Made by a program: the position numbers and the translations under genes. This document shows, piece by piece, positions 47,177-56,288 of a stretch of DNA of 64,000 nt; position 1 is the stretch's first letter, and each line of letters starts with the position of its first letter. The notes beneath the pieces were generated by a model. The model was not told where the DNA came from, did no database searches, and worked only from the letters and a program-made list of their open reading frames with translations. Source of the stretch: Minisyncoccia bacterium (GTDB taxonomy: Bacteria; Patescibacteriota; Minisyncoccia; Phycocordibacterales; UBA9973); contig JBAQFC010000009.1 of NCBI GenBank assembly GCA_049287045.1, forward strand, positions 946-64,945, written 5' to 3'.

Positions 47177-48022
47177 ATGAATAAAGTTTTTGTAATACTC
47201 GGTCAGACTGCCACTGGCAAAAGTAATTTAGCAGTGAAAATTGCCAAGAAAATAAATGGTGAAATAATCTCTGCCGATTCACGTCAAGTTTATAAAGATC
47301 TCGATATTGGTTCTGGTAAAATTACAGAGAAAGAAATGAGGGGTGTTCCTCATCATTTACTTAGTGTTGCAAACCCAAAACGTAAATTCACTGTTGCTCA
47401 ATATAAAAAACTCGCAGATAATGAAATAAAAGAAATAATTAAAATAGGTAAAATTCCAATAATTTGTGGAGGTACAGGATTTTATATTGATGCATTAACT
47501 AAAGGAATCATTTTCCCAGAAGTTCCTCCAAATACCAAACTTAGAAAAGAATTAGAGAAAAAAACACCAGAAAAACTTTTTAAAATACTTAAAAAACTAG
47601 ATTCAAAAAGAGCACAAAATATTGATGCAAAAAATAGTGTGCGTTTAATTCGTTCGATTGAAATCGCAAAATATTTAGGAAAAGTACCACAACTTACGGA
47701 GGCAACGCCTCCGTATCAGTTTGTAAAAATTGGTCTTTTTCTGCCTGACGATAAATTAAAAAAGAATGTGACTAAAAGAGTAAAAGGAATGTTTAAGAAT
47801 GGCTTATTGAATGAAATAAAGAAATTAAAAAAGAGTGGAATCTCTGAAAAAAGGCTCAAAGAATTTGGCTTTGAATATTTCAATCCGACAGAAGAAAGTG
47901 TGATAAATGGGACGATTAAATATGCAAAAAGACAAATGACTTGGTTCAAGCGTGACCCAGAAATCAAATGGTTTGAAGCTTCAAATAAAGACCAGAGTGA
48001 AATAATAAAACTAATTAAATAA
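47177..48022 (+). CDS. miaA: tRNA dimethylallyltransferase
   Basis: VILGQTATGKSNLAV...ISADSRQVYKDLDIGSGK. Confidence 0.85.
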   Translation: MNKVFVILGQTATGKSNLAVKIAKKINGEIISADSRQVYKDLDIGSGKITEKEMRGVPHHLLSVANPKRKFTVAQYKKLADNEIKEIIKIGKIPIICGGTGFYIDALTKGIIFPEVPPNTKLRKELEKKTPEKLFKILKKLDSKRAQNIDAKNSVRLIRSIEIAKYLGKVPQLTEATPPYQFVKIGLFLPDDKLKKNVTKRVKGMFKNGLLNEIKKLKKSGISEKRLKEFGFEYFNPTEESVINGTIKYAKRQMTWFKRDPEIKWFEASNKDQSEIIKLIK

Positions 48023-48062
48023 CTAATATTCCCACATGTCGGACATGTGGGAATATTAGTTA
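48021..48062. terminator. Bidirectional terminator (long palindrome)
   Basis: aactaatattcccacatgtcggacatgtgggaatattagtt. Confidence 0.75.
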
Positions 48063-48632
48063 TTAACGAATCCTCGAACCATTCTTTTTCAAATCCTTTC
48101 TGATTTCATGATGATCCGGAATAGTCTGAGCCACTAAACTCCAAAAGTTTTTAGAATGATTGAATTGTCCGAGGTGACATAATTCATGCACAATAATATA
48201 ATCAGCCATTTTTTCTGGAAGCAATGCAATCTTGTAATTAAAATTTAAATTTCTTCTCTTGGAACAACTCCCCCATTTAGTTTTCTGATTTTTTATACTT
48301 ATTTTATTGTAACTAAAATTATAAAATTGATTGAAGTATTCGAGTCGTGTCTGTGCTAGGATCAATGCTCGTTCTTTATGTTCAACATATTCTTTCTTGG
48401 TACTTTTCATGAAAACCATACCCGAAAAACCTTTGAAGTATTCCAACTTTTTAATAATCCATTGAGATTTCTGAATAATGAACTGCTCGATAGTATTCTC
48501 GCTCATCGTCCGAGGAACTGTCACCACAAAATTACCATCACGAAAAATAGAAAGTCGTAACCGTCGTATACGTGGACTTACTTTGAGGGTGTAAGGTATT
48601 TTTCTATCCTGAAGTTCTATGTTTTTTTCCAT
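48063..48632 (-). CDS. YgjP-like (DUF45) / M48-type zinc metallopeptidase-like protein
   Basis: YIIVHELCHLGQFNHSKNFW (HExxH...NHS..FW). Confidence 0.6.
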   Translation of the reverse strand: MEKNIELQDRKIPYTLKVSPRIRRLRLSIFRDGNFVVTVPRTMSENTIEQFIIQKSQWIIKKLEYFKGFSGMVFMKSTKKEYVEHKERALILAQTRLEYFNQFYNFSYNKISIKNQKTKWGSCSKRRNLNFNYKIALLPEKMADYIIVHELCHLGQFNHSKNFWSLVAQTIPDHHEIRKDLKKNGSRIR

Positions 48633-49207
48633 TACTTCATTAACTCAATTTTTTCCAATATTTTTTGCAAATCATCAGCTAAAGGACTTTCGGGCCATTT
48701 AATTAAAAGTTCTTTTGCAACATTTTTATATACTTCCAAAGTTCTTTCTTTTGAAGCAAAAAATCTATCAAACATTTTATTTCCATCTTTATCAAAATCA
48801 TCTTTAATCTCAGAAACATTTGAAATAATATCACCTGACTTTAACATAACTGAATCATTGGAAAAGTTTTTAATATGTTCCAGAGCTTCCTTTTTTCTTT
48901 CTTCCCAAGTTAAAGATATTCCTTGTTCTGTAACACTGAGTACCAAGTCAGCAACATTTTGACCGAATTTTTCTGCTAGAATTTCTTTTGTGACTTTATT
49001 TGTTTCAATACTATCCTCAACAGTATCATGAAGTATTCCAGCTGAGACAAGGTCCTCATTTGCCCCTGCAGAAGCCAATATAAGCCCCACAGTGAGTGGA
49101 TGAGTGATATAAGGGATATCTTTACCTTTTCGCTTTTGCTTCTGGTCTAGCTCGTGGGTTTTGATGGCAAAAACTATCGCATCTTTTATTTTTTGTGTGT
49201 ATTTCAT
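48632..49207 (-). CDS. Stand-alone HD-domain protein (small alarmone hydrolase-like)
   Basis: YITHPLTVGLILASAGANEDLVSAGILHDTVED resembles Rel/SpoT hydrolase HD motif. Confidence 0.55.
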   Translation of the reverse strand: MKYTQKIKDAIVFAIKTHELDQKQKRKGKDIPYITHPLTVGLILASAGANEDLVSAGILHDTVEDSIETNKVTKEILAEKFGQNVADLVLSVTEQGISLTWEERKKEALEHIKNFSNDSVMLKSGDIISNVSEIKDDFDKDGNKMFDRFFASKERTLEVYKNVAKELLIKWPESPLADDLQKILEKIELMK

Positions 49208-49467
49208 AGCTTTTTAATAGGTACCTTTTTATTAATTAAATCTAACTTTTCATCCCTTGTTAACTGTTTAATTCGAGATTCTTCTTTAGAAGCAGTAGAC
49301 CGATTCCTAAATTTTTTAGAAAAGACTACTTTGACCGGCCGTCGAGCAGAGGTGTATTTTGCCCCAAGCTTTGTATTATTGTGTTCCAAAACTCTACGAT
49401 CTAAATCGGTAGTAATTCCAGTATATAGAGTTTTATCAGCACATTCAAGAATGTATAAGTAATACAT
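49204..49467 (-). CDS. GIY-YIG nuclease family protein (UPF0213)
   Basis: MYYLYILECADKTLYTGITTDLDRRVLEHN. Confidence 0.7.
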   Translation of the reverse strand: MYYLYILECADKTLYTGITTDLDRRVLEHNNTKLGAKYTSARRPVKVVFSKKFRNRSTASKEESRIKQLTRDEKLDLINKKVPIKKL

Positions 49468-49469
49468 TA

Positions 49470-49667
49470 TTAATCCTTCCTAATATCTACCCAAAGAGAT
49501 ATCAATCCTAAAGCTAAAAAGAGTACAGCCTCAAGCCAATTTTGTTTTTGAAAAGCTTCAATAAGACTAATACCAAAAAATATTATAAATACTGCTAGAT
49601 TTGTAAATTTTATTTTTTTCATATTAACATTATAACCTTTTTCACCGACAAGGTCCGACCTTGTCAT
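49470..49667 (-). CDS. Small membrane protein
   Basis: 65 aa, 2 TM. Confidence 0.3.
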   Translation of the reverse strand: MTRSDLVGEKGYNVNMKKIKFTNLAVFIIFFGISLIEAFQKQNWLEAVLFLALGLISLWVDIRKD

Positions 49668-49735
49668 TACTTATCAGTACCAGGAATATAGATTAAAAGA
49701 ATCTATATTCCGTCTTCACTCGGACGAAAAGAAAG

Positions 49736-50110
49736 CTAGCTTTCTTTTCGCTCCTCCCTAGCCGGAATAAACTTCATCGATATCGAATTCACACAATATC
49801 TCATATTTTTCGGAGTTAAATTTTCACCAATAAATAAATGTCCTAGATGCGCTCCGCAATTTGCACAGGTAATTTCTGTTCTCATACCATCGGCATCCAA
49901 GCTTTTGTGAACTGCACCCGGTATCTCATCATCAAAACTCGGCCAGCCGCAATCGGACTCAAATTTATCTTTAGAATTATACAGTGGTGCACCGCATTGT
50001 CGGCACACATACACTCCAGTTTCTTTCGTATTCACATATTCACCGGTAAATGGTGCTTCGGTGCCTTTATCAAAAATTACTCTTTTTTCTTCAGGTGTTA
50101 ACATATTCAT
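49736..50110 (-). CDS. msrB: Peptide-methionine (R)-S-oxide reductase
   Basis: CGWPSF, HLGHLF, RYCVNS; start at [12 protein letters not shown]-track Ser-rich N-extension rejected. Confidence 0.85.
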   Translation of the reverse strand: MNMLTPEEKRVIFDKGTEAPFTGEYVNTKETGVYVCRQCGAPLYNSKDKFESDCGWPSFDDEIPGAVHKSLDADGMRTEITCANCGAHLGHLFIGENLTPKNMRYCVNSISMKFIPAREERKES

Positions 50111-50132
50111 ATAAGTATTATACAATGAGCGA

Positions 50133-50375
50133 ATGGAAACAGAAAATGAAGACGAAGAAGTAGTTATTACTAAAGACGCGCATGGCAATATCTTGGCCAA
50201 TGGTGATAGTGTTATGGTTATTAAAGATTTAAAAGTTAAAGGAACGTCAGTCACACTCAAGGGTGGGACAAAAATTAAAAATATCCGATTAACAGAGGAT
50301 GAAGAACTCATCGAATGCAATGCTGATGGTATGAAAGGTCTTGTATTACGAACTGAATTTTTAAAGAAAGCCTAG
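50133..50375 (+). CDS. PhnA-like C-terminal domain protein
   Basis: [39 protein letters not shown]...[11 protein letters not shown] matches PhnA/YjdC C-domain. Confidence 0.5.
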   Translation: METENEDEEVVITKDAHGNILANGDSVMVIKDLKVKGTSVTLKGGTKIKNIRLTEDEELIECNADGMKGLVLRTEFLKKA

Positions 50376-50389
50376 TTTTAAAAAAATAA

Positions 50390-50424
50390 ACAAAAAACTC
50401 CAGCGTATTGCTGGAGTTTTTTGT
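50390..50424. terminator. Bidirectional terminator
   Basis: aactccagcgtattgctggagttttttg. Confidence 0.7.
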
Positions 50425-50447
50425 TTGTACTAAATATTATTTTAAAT

Positions 50448-50798
50448 TTATTGTACTGGTATTGGTATCAATATTTGTGCACCAGTAGTTATGTCTGAAG
50501 CACTATTAGAATAGTTACTATAACCACGCATCATTCCACTTCCATAACTATTACCAAACATCATTCCACCTCCAAATTCTGTTCTGATAGAACCAGTTAT
50601 TTCACCAAGCTTAAATCCACACCAAAAAATAAGAACAACAATAATAAGCATTAAAATCATTTTCTTTAAGCCATGTTTTCCTCCATGACCATAACATTCA
50701 CCCATCATTTGAGTACCACCACAAGTACCACCATGACAAGAATTTTTAGATTCACCACCTCCACAATTTCCACATTCTTTTTTCTCAAAATTTTCCAT
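50448..50798 (-). CDS. Cys/His/Gly/Met-rich membrane protein (putative metal-binding)
   Basis: CGNCGGGESKNSCHGGTCGGTQMMGECYGHGGKHG + TM + GGGMMFGNSYGSGMMRGY. Confidence 0.4.
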   Translation of the reverse strand: MENFEKKECGNCGGGESKNSCHGGTCGGTQMMGECYGHGGKHGLKKMILMLIIVVLIFWCGFKLGEITGSIRTEFGGGMMFGNSYGSGMMRGYSNYSNSASDITTGAQILIPIPVQ

Positions 50799-50879
50799 AA
50801 AATATATTTACAAAAATTAATAATGATTAATAATGACCTCTATGTATCTATTGTACACCTTTTTAAAAATGTTAAAAGA

Positions 50880-51395
50880 TTACACACCGACCAAACATGT
50901 TTTTACTGTATCTATTTCAGATGCAAGCAATGAAAGGAAATCTTTTTGTTGGAGCATACCAGAGAGATCAACAAGAGGATATTTTTTTTCTTCTATTATC
51001 ACTGAATTATTCAGATAATGACTGCGTATTTTAGAAGATAATATTGATAATAATGGCTTTACTTCAGAAATAGGCACATTGAGTACTTCAATAACTTCAT
51101 CGACAACTATTCCAAATTTATTTCCCGCAATCTCAATAACTATAATATGGCGAAGGAGAATCTTATTTGTACATGATAGATTGAATTTCTTTTCTAGATC
51201 TATAATTATCACAACATTACCGTTTAAATTTAGAATTCCAAGGACAAAATCAGGCAGGTCCGGAATAAATTTTATTTTAGTCATATCAATGACTTCTTTC
51301 AAGTCAGGAATAAGTGCACCATATTCTTCTTCATCAATCATAAACAAAACAACTTGAACTAGGTCTATCTCTTTTTTTAGATTTATATTATCCAT
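50880..51395 (-). CDS. CheW-like coupling domain protein
   Basis: EEEYGALIPDLKEVID...FVLGILNLNGNVVIIIDL...GNKFGIVVDEVIEVLN CheW pattern. Confidence 0.55.
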   Translation of the reverse strand: MDNINLKKEIDLVQVVLFMIDEEEYGALIPDLKEVIDMTKIKFIPDLPDFVLGILNLNGNVVIIIDLEKKFNLSCTNKILLRHIIVIEIAGNKFGIVVDEVIEVLNVPISEVKPLLSILSSKIRSHYLNNSVIIEEKKYPLVDLSGMLQQKDFLSLLASEIDTVKTCLVGV

Positions 51396-51597
51396 AATAT
51401 TTTTAATTAATAAATATTCAATCGATAGTACGTAGAATGATAAATTTAATCGTGTCTATAATATTTACGCGACACGATTCCGTAGAATCCAAATAAAAAA
51501 CCCGTAACCTTACGGTCGCGGGCTTCTAGAGCCTCAGTTCTTTATACGAAGAAATTATAACACAATATGCTGTGTCATAATAAAAGTTATCCACATA

Positions 51598-52527
51598 TTA
51601 CTTTTTCTCCAACCAAACTAGTACACAATAACCAAAAAATTTCCCTGTATCATTATATTTCGGTGCAAAATACATTTCACATTCAGTATCTTTTCCTTCT
51701 ATATTTATAAAAGTTTTATTTGTTATGCGGTATGGCTGACCATTAATAGAAAAATTATCAAAAATCTTTTTAGCCTCATCTTTATTCTCAACTGAAATAA
51801 AATCAAAATATTTTTTACCAACAGAAACTTCTTGAGGAACTCCAATAAATTTTTCTGCTGATGAACTGATATGTTCAACAATCCCATTCTTGTCTATATC
51901 AAAATAAAAATCACAAACATTGTTTAAATATTCAGAATTATTTGTTTCAAAAATCTTTTTATCATTTATAATATTTTTTAGTTCTGACGATAACAATACA
52001 TGTCTATCATGATCATTCAAATGATACAATTTTAAAAGAGCAGTTATTGGAATATTCTTTCCATCCTTTGTTTGATGGACAGTATCTAATTGAAAATAGT
52101 TATCTTCACTCAAGATTGAATCTGGTCCAAAAAACTTCTCACCGGTTTCTTTAGAAAGTAAAGGACTAATATCAGAATAATGTTTACCAATAAGTTCCTC
52201 ACAAGAATAGCCCAAAATAACACAAGCTGAATTACTGACCATAGTGATCTCTCCTTTATCATTAAACATCAATAGATAGTGTGTATCATCATCTGCAAGT
52301 TTAATACTACCTATCTTATTTATTGTTCCACATTTCTTGCATTTTATCTCGAGAGTGCCATCAAAAAATAAACCCTTTAGAAGAAGTTTACCACACTGAC
52401 ATCTTTGCTCATTTAAAAAAAGTGTATCCATAAAAACAATCAAAGACAGAAAGATATACTTGAGCTTCATGAGCTTCTTAAAAAAGTACTGAAGTAAGTA
52501 TAACACATAACACCTTTTAAAAAGCAA
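51598..52527 (-). CDS. PAS-domain sensor protein with N-terminal zinc-ribbon-like CxxG...CxxCG
   Basis: two PAS-like segments (SNSACVILGYSCEELIGKHYSDI...; ...GIVEHISSSAEKFIGVPQEVSVGKKYFDFI). Confidence 0.5.
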   Translation of the reverse strand: MLFKRCYVLYLLQYFFKKLMKLKYIFLSLIVFMDTLFLNEQRCQCGKLLLKGLFFDGTLEIKCKKCGTINKIGSIKLADDDTHYLLMFNDKGEITMVSNSACVILGYSCEELIGKHYSDISPLLSKETGEKFFGPDSILSEDNYFQLDTVHQTKDGKNIPITALLKLYHLNDHDRHVLLSSELKNIINDKKIFETNNSEYLNNVCDFYFDIDKNGIVEHISSSAEKFIGVPQEVSVGKKYFDFISVENKDEAKKIFDNFSINGQPYRITNKTFINIEGKDTECEMYFAPKYNDTGKFFGYCVLVWLEKK

Positions 52528-52673
52528 ATATTTTAAGTAATATACATTTGCTAGTTTGACTTAAAACTAATTCTATTATATTATAATATTAAATTCGTTG
52601 AGATTAATTTCTCGTTAAATAACCCCGATATATATCCCCTAAAAAAATTATTTAACCCTTAAAAATTATTCAT

Positions 52674-53186
52674 ATGGAAAATATATTGAACCACCTGATA
52701 GCCAGCGAGGATGGCAAGTGCGTCTGGATACAATTTGTAAACGGAAAAGAGAGCACTAATTATGAAAATAAAGAAGATGCGATAAACGATATACTAAACT
52801 GTTTTTTAGAAAAAAGAATTACAGAAATGGAATTTTTTCTATTTATAAGAGAAATTCTTTTTGAAAGCGAACTTGAAGCTTATTCTGTTTTTAATCTAAA
52901 ATCTATAGAAAAGTATGCTGGTATCGAAAGACAGAAAATAGAAAGTCCGGTTTTTAAAAGATGTGATTGTAAGAAAATAAAACAACCTCATGGTTATTTC
53001 TATAACCATGATGGTCAAAAACTTTTACCATTACGATTTAAATACCAATATGAAGCTAACTATATGGCTGATTTACTTCTTAAATCTGGAGAAATCAGTG
53101 ACGAAACATGTAGTTCTCTGAGAGTTCTGATAGAAATTTCTAAAATTCCATCTGAACCAATAAAAAGAGACTATAATCTGAATTAA
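52674..53186 (+). CDS. Hypothetical protein
   Basis: ORF 170 aa; terminator follows. Confidence 0.4.
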   Translation: MENILNHLIASEDGKCVWIQFVNGKESTNYENKEDAINDILNCFLEKRITEMEFFLFIREILFESELEAYSVFNLKSIEKYAGIERQKIESPVFKRCDCKKIKQPHGYFYNHDGQKLLPLRFKYQYEANYMADLLLKSGEISDETCSSLRVLIEISKIPSEPIKRDYNLN

Positions 53187-53195
53187 ATATAATTC

Positions 53196-53230
53196 AAAAA
53201 ACTACCCAATAAATCGGGTAGTTTTTTATT
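53196..53230. terminator. Terminator
   Basis: aaactacccaataaatcgggtagtttttt. Confidence 0.65.
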
Positions 53231-53420
53231 TGCGGAATTAGATTCGCCCGCGAATAAACTTTTTTCGTCAAAAAAGTTTTTCTGGGCACCAGCTCATCTA
53301 TTTTTTCTACTGAAAAAATATGATTCCGCTGTTCGAACCTCACACAGACATGAAGCAGTTCATGTCCTCGCTCCGCAAATAAAAATGGCCCGACTTTCGT
53401 CGAGCTCATTTTTATTAATG

Positions 53421-53505
53421 CGGAGGCGGTGAGATTCGAACTCACGGTCCGGTAAGGGACGACGGTTTAGTAAACCGTTGATTTAAACCACTCATCCACG
53501 CCTCC
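53421..53505 (-). tRNA. Type II tRNA, Ser-like architecture; anticodon reads ACU (unusual A34)
   Basis: Hand fold: acceptor GGAGGCG/CGCCTCC, 3-bp D-stem GAT/ATC with GAGTGGTTTAA loop, anticodon stem ACGGT/ACCGT loop uuACUaa, 16-nt variable arm, T-arm GTGAG-TTCGAAT-CTCAC. Confidence 0.65.
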
Positions 53506-53625
53506 ATGGTTTATTTTTCTTTCGAACTCAAATATTCTAGCATATTGTCCTAAATTCGACCACAAGCCGATTTATTTTTCAAAAATAAAAAAATCACCTC
53601 ATAATTCAAGGTGATCTTTATCTTG

Positions 53626-53703
53626 TGCCAATGAGAGGATTCGAACCTCTAAGAGATTATTCGTTCCTCTTCCTGTTTTTCTGCATGATGCAGGTACACT
53701 GGC
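53626..53703 (-). ncRNA. Atypical tRNA-like gene (canonical acceptor + T-arm, aberrant D/anticodon region) or tRNA pseudogene
   Basis: GCCAGTG...AGAGG-TTCGAAT-CCTCT-CATTGGC-A; internal palindrome ctgcatcatgcag; AAGAG/CTCTT stem closing 11-nt loop; terminator hairpin downstream at 53591-53620. Confidence 0.35.
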
Positions 53704-53740
53704 TCTAGTTAGATTATAACATTTTTTTATAATTTATAAT

Positions 53741-53772
53741 AAAAAAAGCTTTCGTATTACGAAAGCTTTTTA
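53741..53772 (-). terminator. Rho-independent terminator
   Basis: aaagctttcgtattacgaaagcttt + T-run on minus. Confidence 0.7.
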
Positions 53773-53789
53773 AAAAATTTATAACTTTG

Positions 53790-54203
53790 TTATGGTTTCT
53801 GGTCAGTAATTTTATATTCAGCAACTCTTTTTTCCCAATCATCGAGAGGTATAGAGGTCAGATGCCATCCGCTACATTTATCGCACTCATACGACCTAAT
53901 AGGTTTTTTTCTAGATTGATCTAAAATACGAATTCTAGCAAGCTCTTCTTTCGCATCTTTTTCACACGGAAATACTCTTTTTTCACAAACTATTTCAAGT
54001 TTTGGGATAGCTATTGTGCCATTTTTCCAGCCTTTGATTTTTTCTAAATTTTTTGCAACATAAGCAACCAAAGCTCTATCGGGATGCTTTTCGCTTTTAT
54101 GTAAACTTAATAACCAATCGGGGGGCACCCTGCAAAGAGAAGTATATCTGTATTTTCCAGAAGTTAATAAAGTATTATCGGTATAAACTATATCCGGTTC
54201 CAT
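53790..54203 (-). CDS. Hypothetical protein with C-terminal Cys cluster (CEKRVFPC...CDKCSGWH)
   Basis: ORF 137 aa. Confidence 0.4.
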   Translation of the reverse strand: MEPDIVYTDNTLLTSGKYRYTSLCRVPPDWLLSLHKSEKHPDRALVAYVAKNLEKIKGWKNGTIAIPKLEIVCEKRVFPCEKDAKEELARIRILDQSRKKPIRSYECDKCSGWHLTSIPLDDWEKRVAEYKITDQKP

Positions 54204-54331
54204 AACTGTATTTTTTTATTAAAAAACATTTTATAAGGCTGTCTTTTGTTTGCCTTTCTACACTGTATATTCTTCTACATACTACTATGATTTACAAAAA
54301 TGTCAAGAAAGTGAAATAAAATAATACTATT

Positions 54332-55579
54332 TTATTCATATCTCAAGGCATCAATAGGATTTTTCTTGCCAGCTTTACGAGCTGGATAAATACCGAAAGC
54401 AATACCAGAAACACCAGAGACTACAAGACCCATCACCACAGCAGAAATTGGAAAAGCAAATACCCAACCAATAGAAAAGAAAGTAGAGAGAACAAAATAT
54501 ATGAGAATTACTATAATAGCCCCCATTAAAATACCTATTACTCCCCCTACAAAAGTCAGTAAAACCGACTCGATAAGGAACTGTTGCAAGATGTCATTGT
54601 TTGTCGCACCGACTGCTTTACGAAGCCCAATCTCTCTAGTTCTTTCTGTAACAGATACAAGCATAATATTCATGATACCAATACCACCAACCACGAGAGA
54701 AATAGACGCAATCGCAGCTAAAAATATAGTAAGAATTGAAGTGATGTTACCTAGAAGAGACAAAATATCTGCTTGTGTTTGTATTGTAAAATCATCTTTG
54801 TTTGGGTCAGTAATACCATGATTCTGACGTAATGAAAATGTTATACGTGATTTCGCAAAATTAATATCATAATTTGGGTTTGCTTTTGCAATAATAACGT
54901 TGAAATAATTCATACCTAGAAGTTGTTTCTGAGCTACTGTTATTGGAAGGATTACGAGATTACCCATATCAACACCGAATGCACCAGTACCACCTTTACT
55001 TAAAACTCCAACAACACGAAATGAAATATTTTTAACTCTTATTGTTTTATCAATAGGATTAAGTGAAGGACCAAAAAGAGTGTTCGCAAGATCGGGACCA
55101 ATAACCGCGACATGATTTGCAGAATCAACATCTGATTTAGAGAATTTTTGACCTTTACCTATTGTAAGATTACTAACTTCAAAAAGATCAGTAGTCGCAC
55201 CAGCATAACCGACAGAAACATTATTATTTCCATATACAACACTCGCCTGTCCGCGTACTTCAGGAGCCACAGCCATTACAGATGGCTCACGTTGTAAATC
55301 ATCAACATCTCTTTGTTGTAAGCTAGTTATAATTATTCCTTGGGAAGAAGCAGGAGAAGAAAATTTACCATTTGTCGGAGCACCGGGCATTATAATAATA
55401 AGATTTGAACCAATACTTTGAACCTGTCCTAAAATCAGATTTTGAGCTGATTGTCCGATAGACATTAAAATAATAACTGAAGCAATACCGATAACAATAC
55501 CAAGCATAGTCAAAATCGAACGCATTTTTCCATGAGTTAGACTACGAGTGGCTGTTTTAAATGCATCTTTATATAACAT
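54332..55579 (-). CDS. ABC transporter permease, MacB/FtsX family
   Basis: N-terminal TM, large periplasmic domain, C-terminal FtsX 3-TM bundle; 415 aa. Confidence 0.8.
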   Translation of the reverse strand: MLYKDAFKTATRSLTHGKMRSILTMLGIVIGIASVIILMSIGQSAQNLILGQVQSIGSNLIIIMPGAPTNGKFSSPASSQGIIITSLQQRDVDDLQREPSVMAVAPEVRGQASVVYGNNNVSVGYAGATTDLFEVSNLTIGKGQKFSKSDVDSANHVAVIGPDLANTLFGPSLNPIDKTIRVKNISFRVVGVLSKGGTGAFGVDMGNLVILPITVAQKQLLGMNYFNVIIAKANPNYDINFAKSRITFSLRQNHGITDPNKDDFTIQTQADILSLLGNITSILTIFLAAIASISLVVGGIGIMNIMLVSVTERTREIGLRKAVGATNNDILQQFLIESVLLTFVGGVIGILMGAIIVILIYFVLSTFFSIGWVFAFPISAVVMGLVVSGVSGIAFGIYPARKAGKKNPIDALRYE

Positions 55580-55580
55580 A

Positions 55581-56288
55581 TTATTTTAAATTATTTCGAT
55601 GATGTTGGTTTGCAATAATAGCTTTATCACTTTCAACCATCCCGTCTTTTATTCTAATAATTCTATTTGCAAATTCAGCAGTTTGAGTCTCGTGGGTTAC
55701 CAATATCACAGTCCTACCCTTTTTATTTAGAGCTTCAAATATTTCCATGACTTGTAAACCAGATTGTGAATCAAGATTACCTGTAGGTTCATCAGCAAAT
55801 ATAACATTTGGGTCAGTCACAAGAGCCCGAGCAATAGCGACGCGTTGTTTTTGCCCTCCAGAAAGACGAGCAGCTTCAGTGTAAATTTTATCTTCAAGAC
55901 CTACCGATTTGATCGCTTCTTCAACAAGATTTTTTCTTTTTGGTGAAGGAATCTCTGAGTATAAAAGTGGAATTTCAACATTATCATAGACAGTCAAACG
56001 AGAAAGTAAATTGAATGATTGAAAAACAAAGCCCATATCACTGTTTCGAACATGAGCAAGTTCACGGTCTGTCATATCGTCAATACTTTTGCCTTGAAAT
56101 TTATAAGAACCTCCAGTGGGTCTATCCAGAAAACTCAAAATATGAAGCAAGGTTGATTTACCAGATCCAGAGGGTCCCATAATTGAAACAAATTCTCCTT
56201 GTTCAATAGAAAAAGTAACTCCACGCAAAGCTTTTGTCGTAACCTCTTCTTCTAAATATTCTTTTTTTAAATTATTTACCTCAATCAT
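55581..56288 (-). CDS. ABC transporter ATP-binding protein (MacB/LolD-type)
   Basis: [14 protein letters not shown] Walker A; [15 protein letters not shown] signature; ADEPTGNLD. Confidence 0.9.
   Translation of the reverse strand: MIEVNNLKKEYLEEEVTTKALRGVTFSIEQGEFVSIMGPSGSGKSTLLHILSFLDRPTGGSYKFQGKSIDDMTDRELAHVRNSDMGFVFQSFNLLSRLTVYDNVEIPLLYSEIPSPKRKNLVEEAIKSVGLEDKIYTEAARLSGGQKQRVAIARALVTDPNVIFADEPTGNLDSQSGLQVMEIFEALNKKGRTVILVTHETQTAEFANRIIRIKDGMVESDKAIIANQHHRNNLK

Noticed and set aside
50111-50320. Ser-rich 70-aa N-terminal extension of msrB in the ORF track
   Set aside because: Low-complexity, no homology; MsrB consensus begins at MNMLTPEEK; the extension would overlap the divergent phnA-like gene
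53240-53420. Possible degraded tRNA copy downstream of tRNA-Ser (gaggttcgaacagcgg, hairpin gacatgaa/ttcatgtc)
   Set aside because: Could not fold into a cloverleaf; GGTTCGAAC is self-palindromic and may be chance; left as unexplained moderately GC-rich spacer with a terminator-like hairpin
53194-53445. 83-aa minus-strand ORF
   Set aside because: Overlaps the tRNA-Ser gene and a terminator hairpin; no coding signal; spurious
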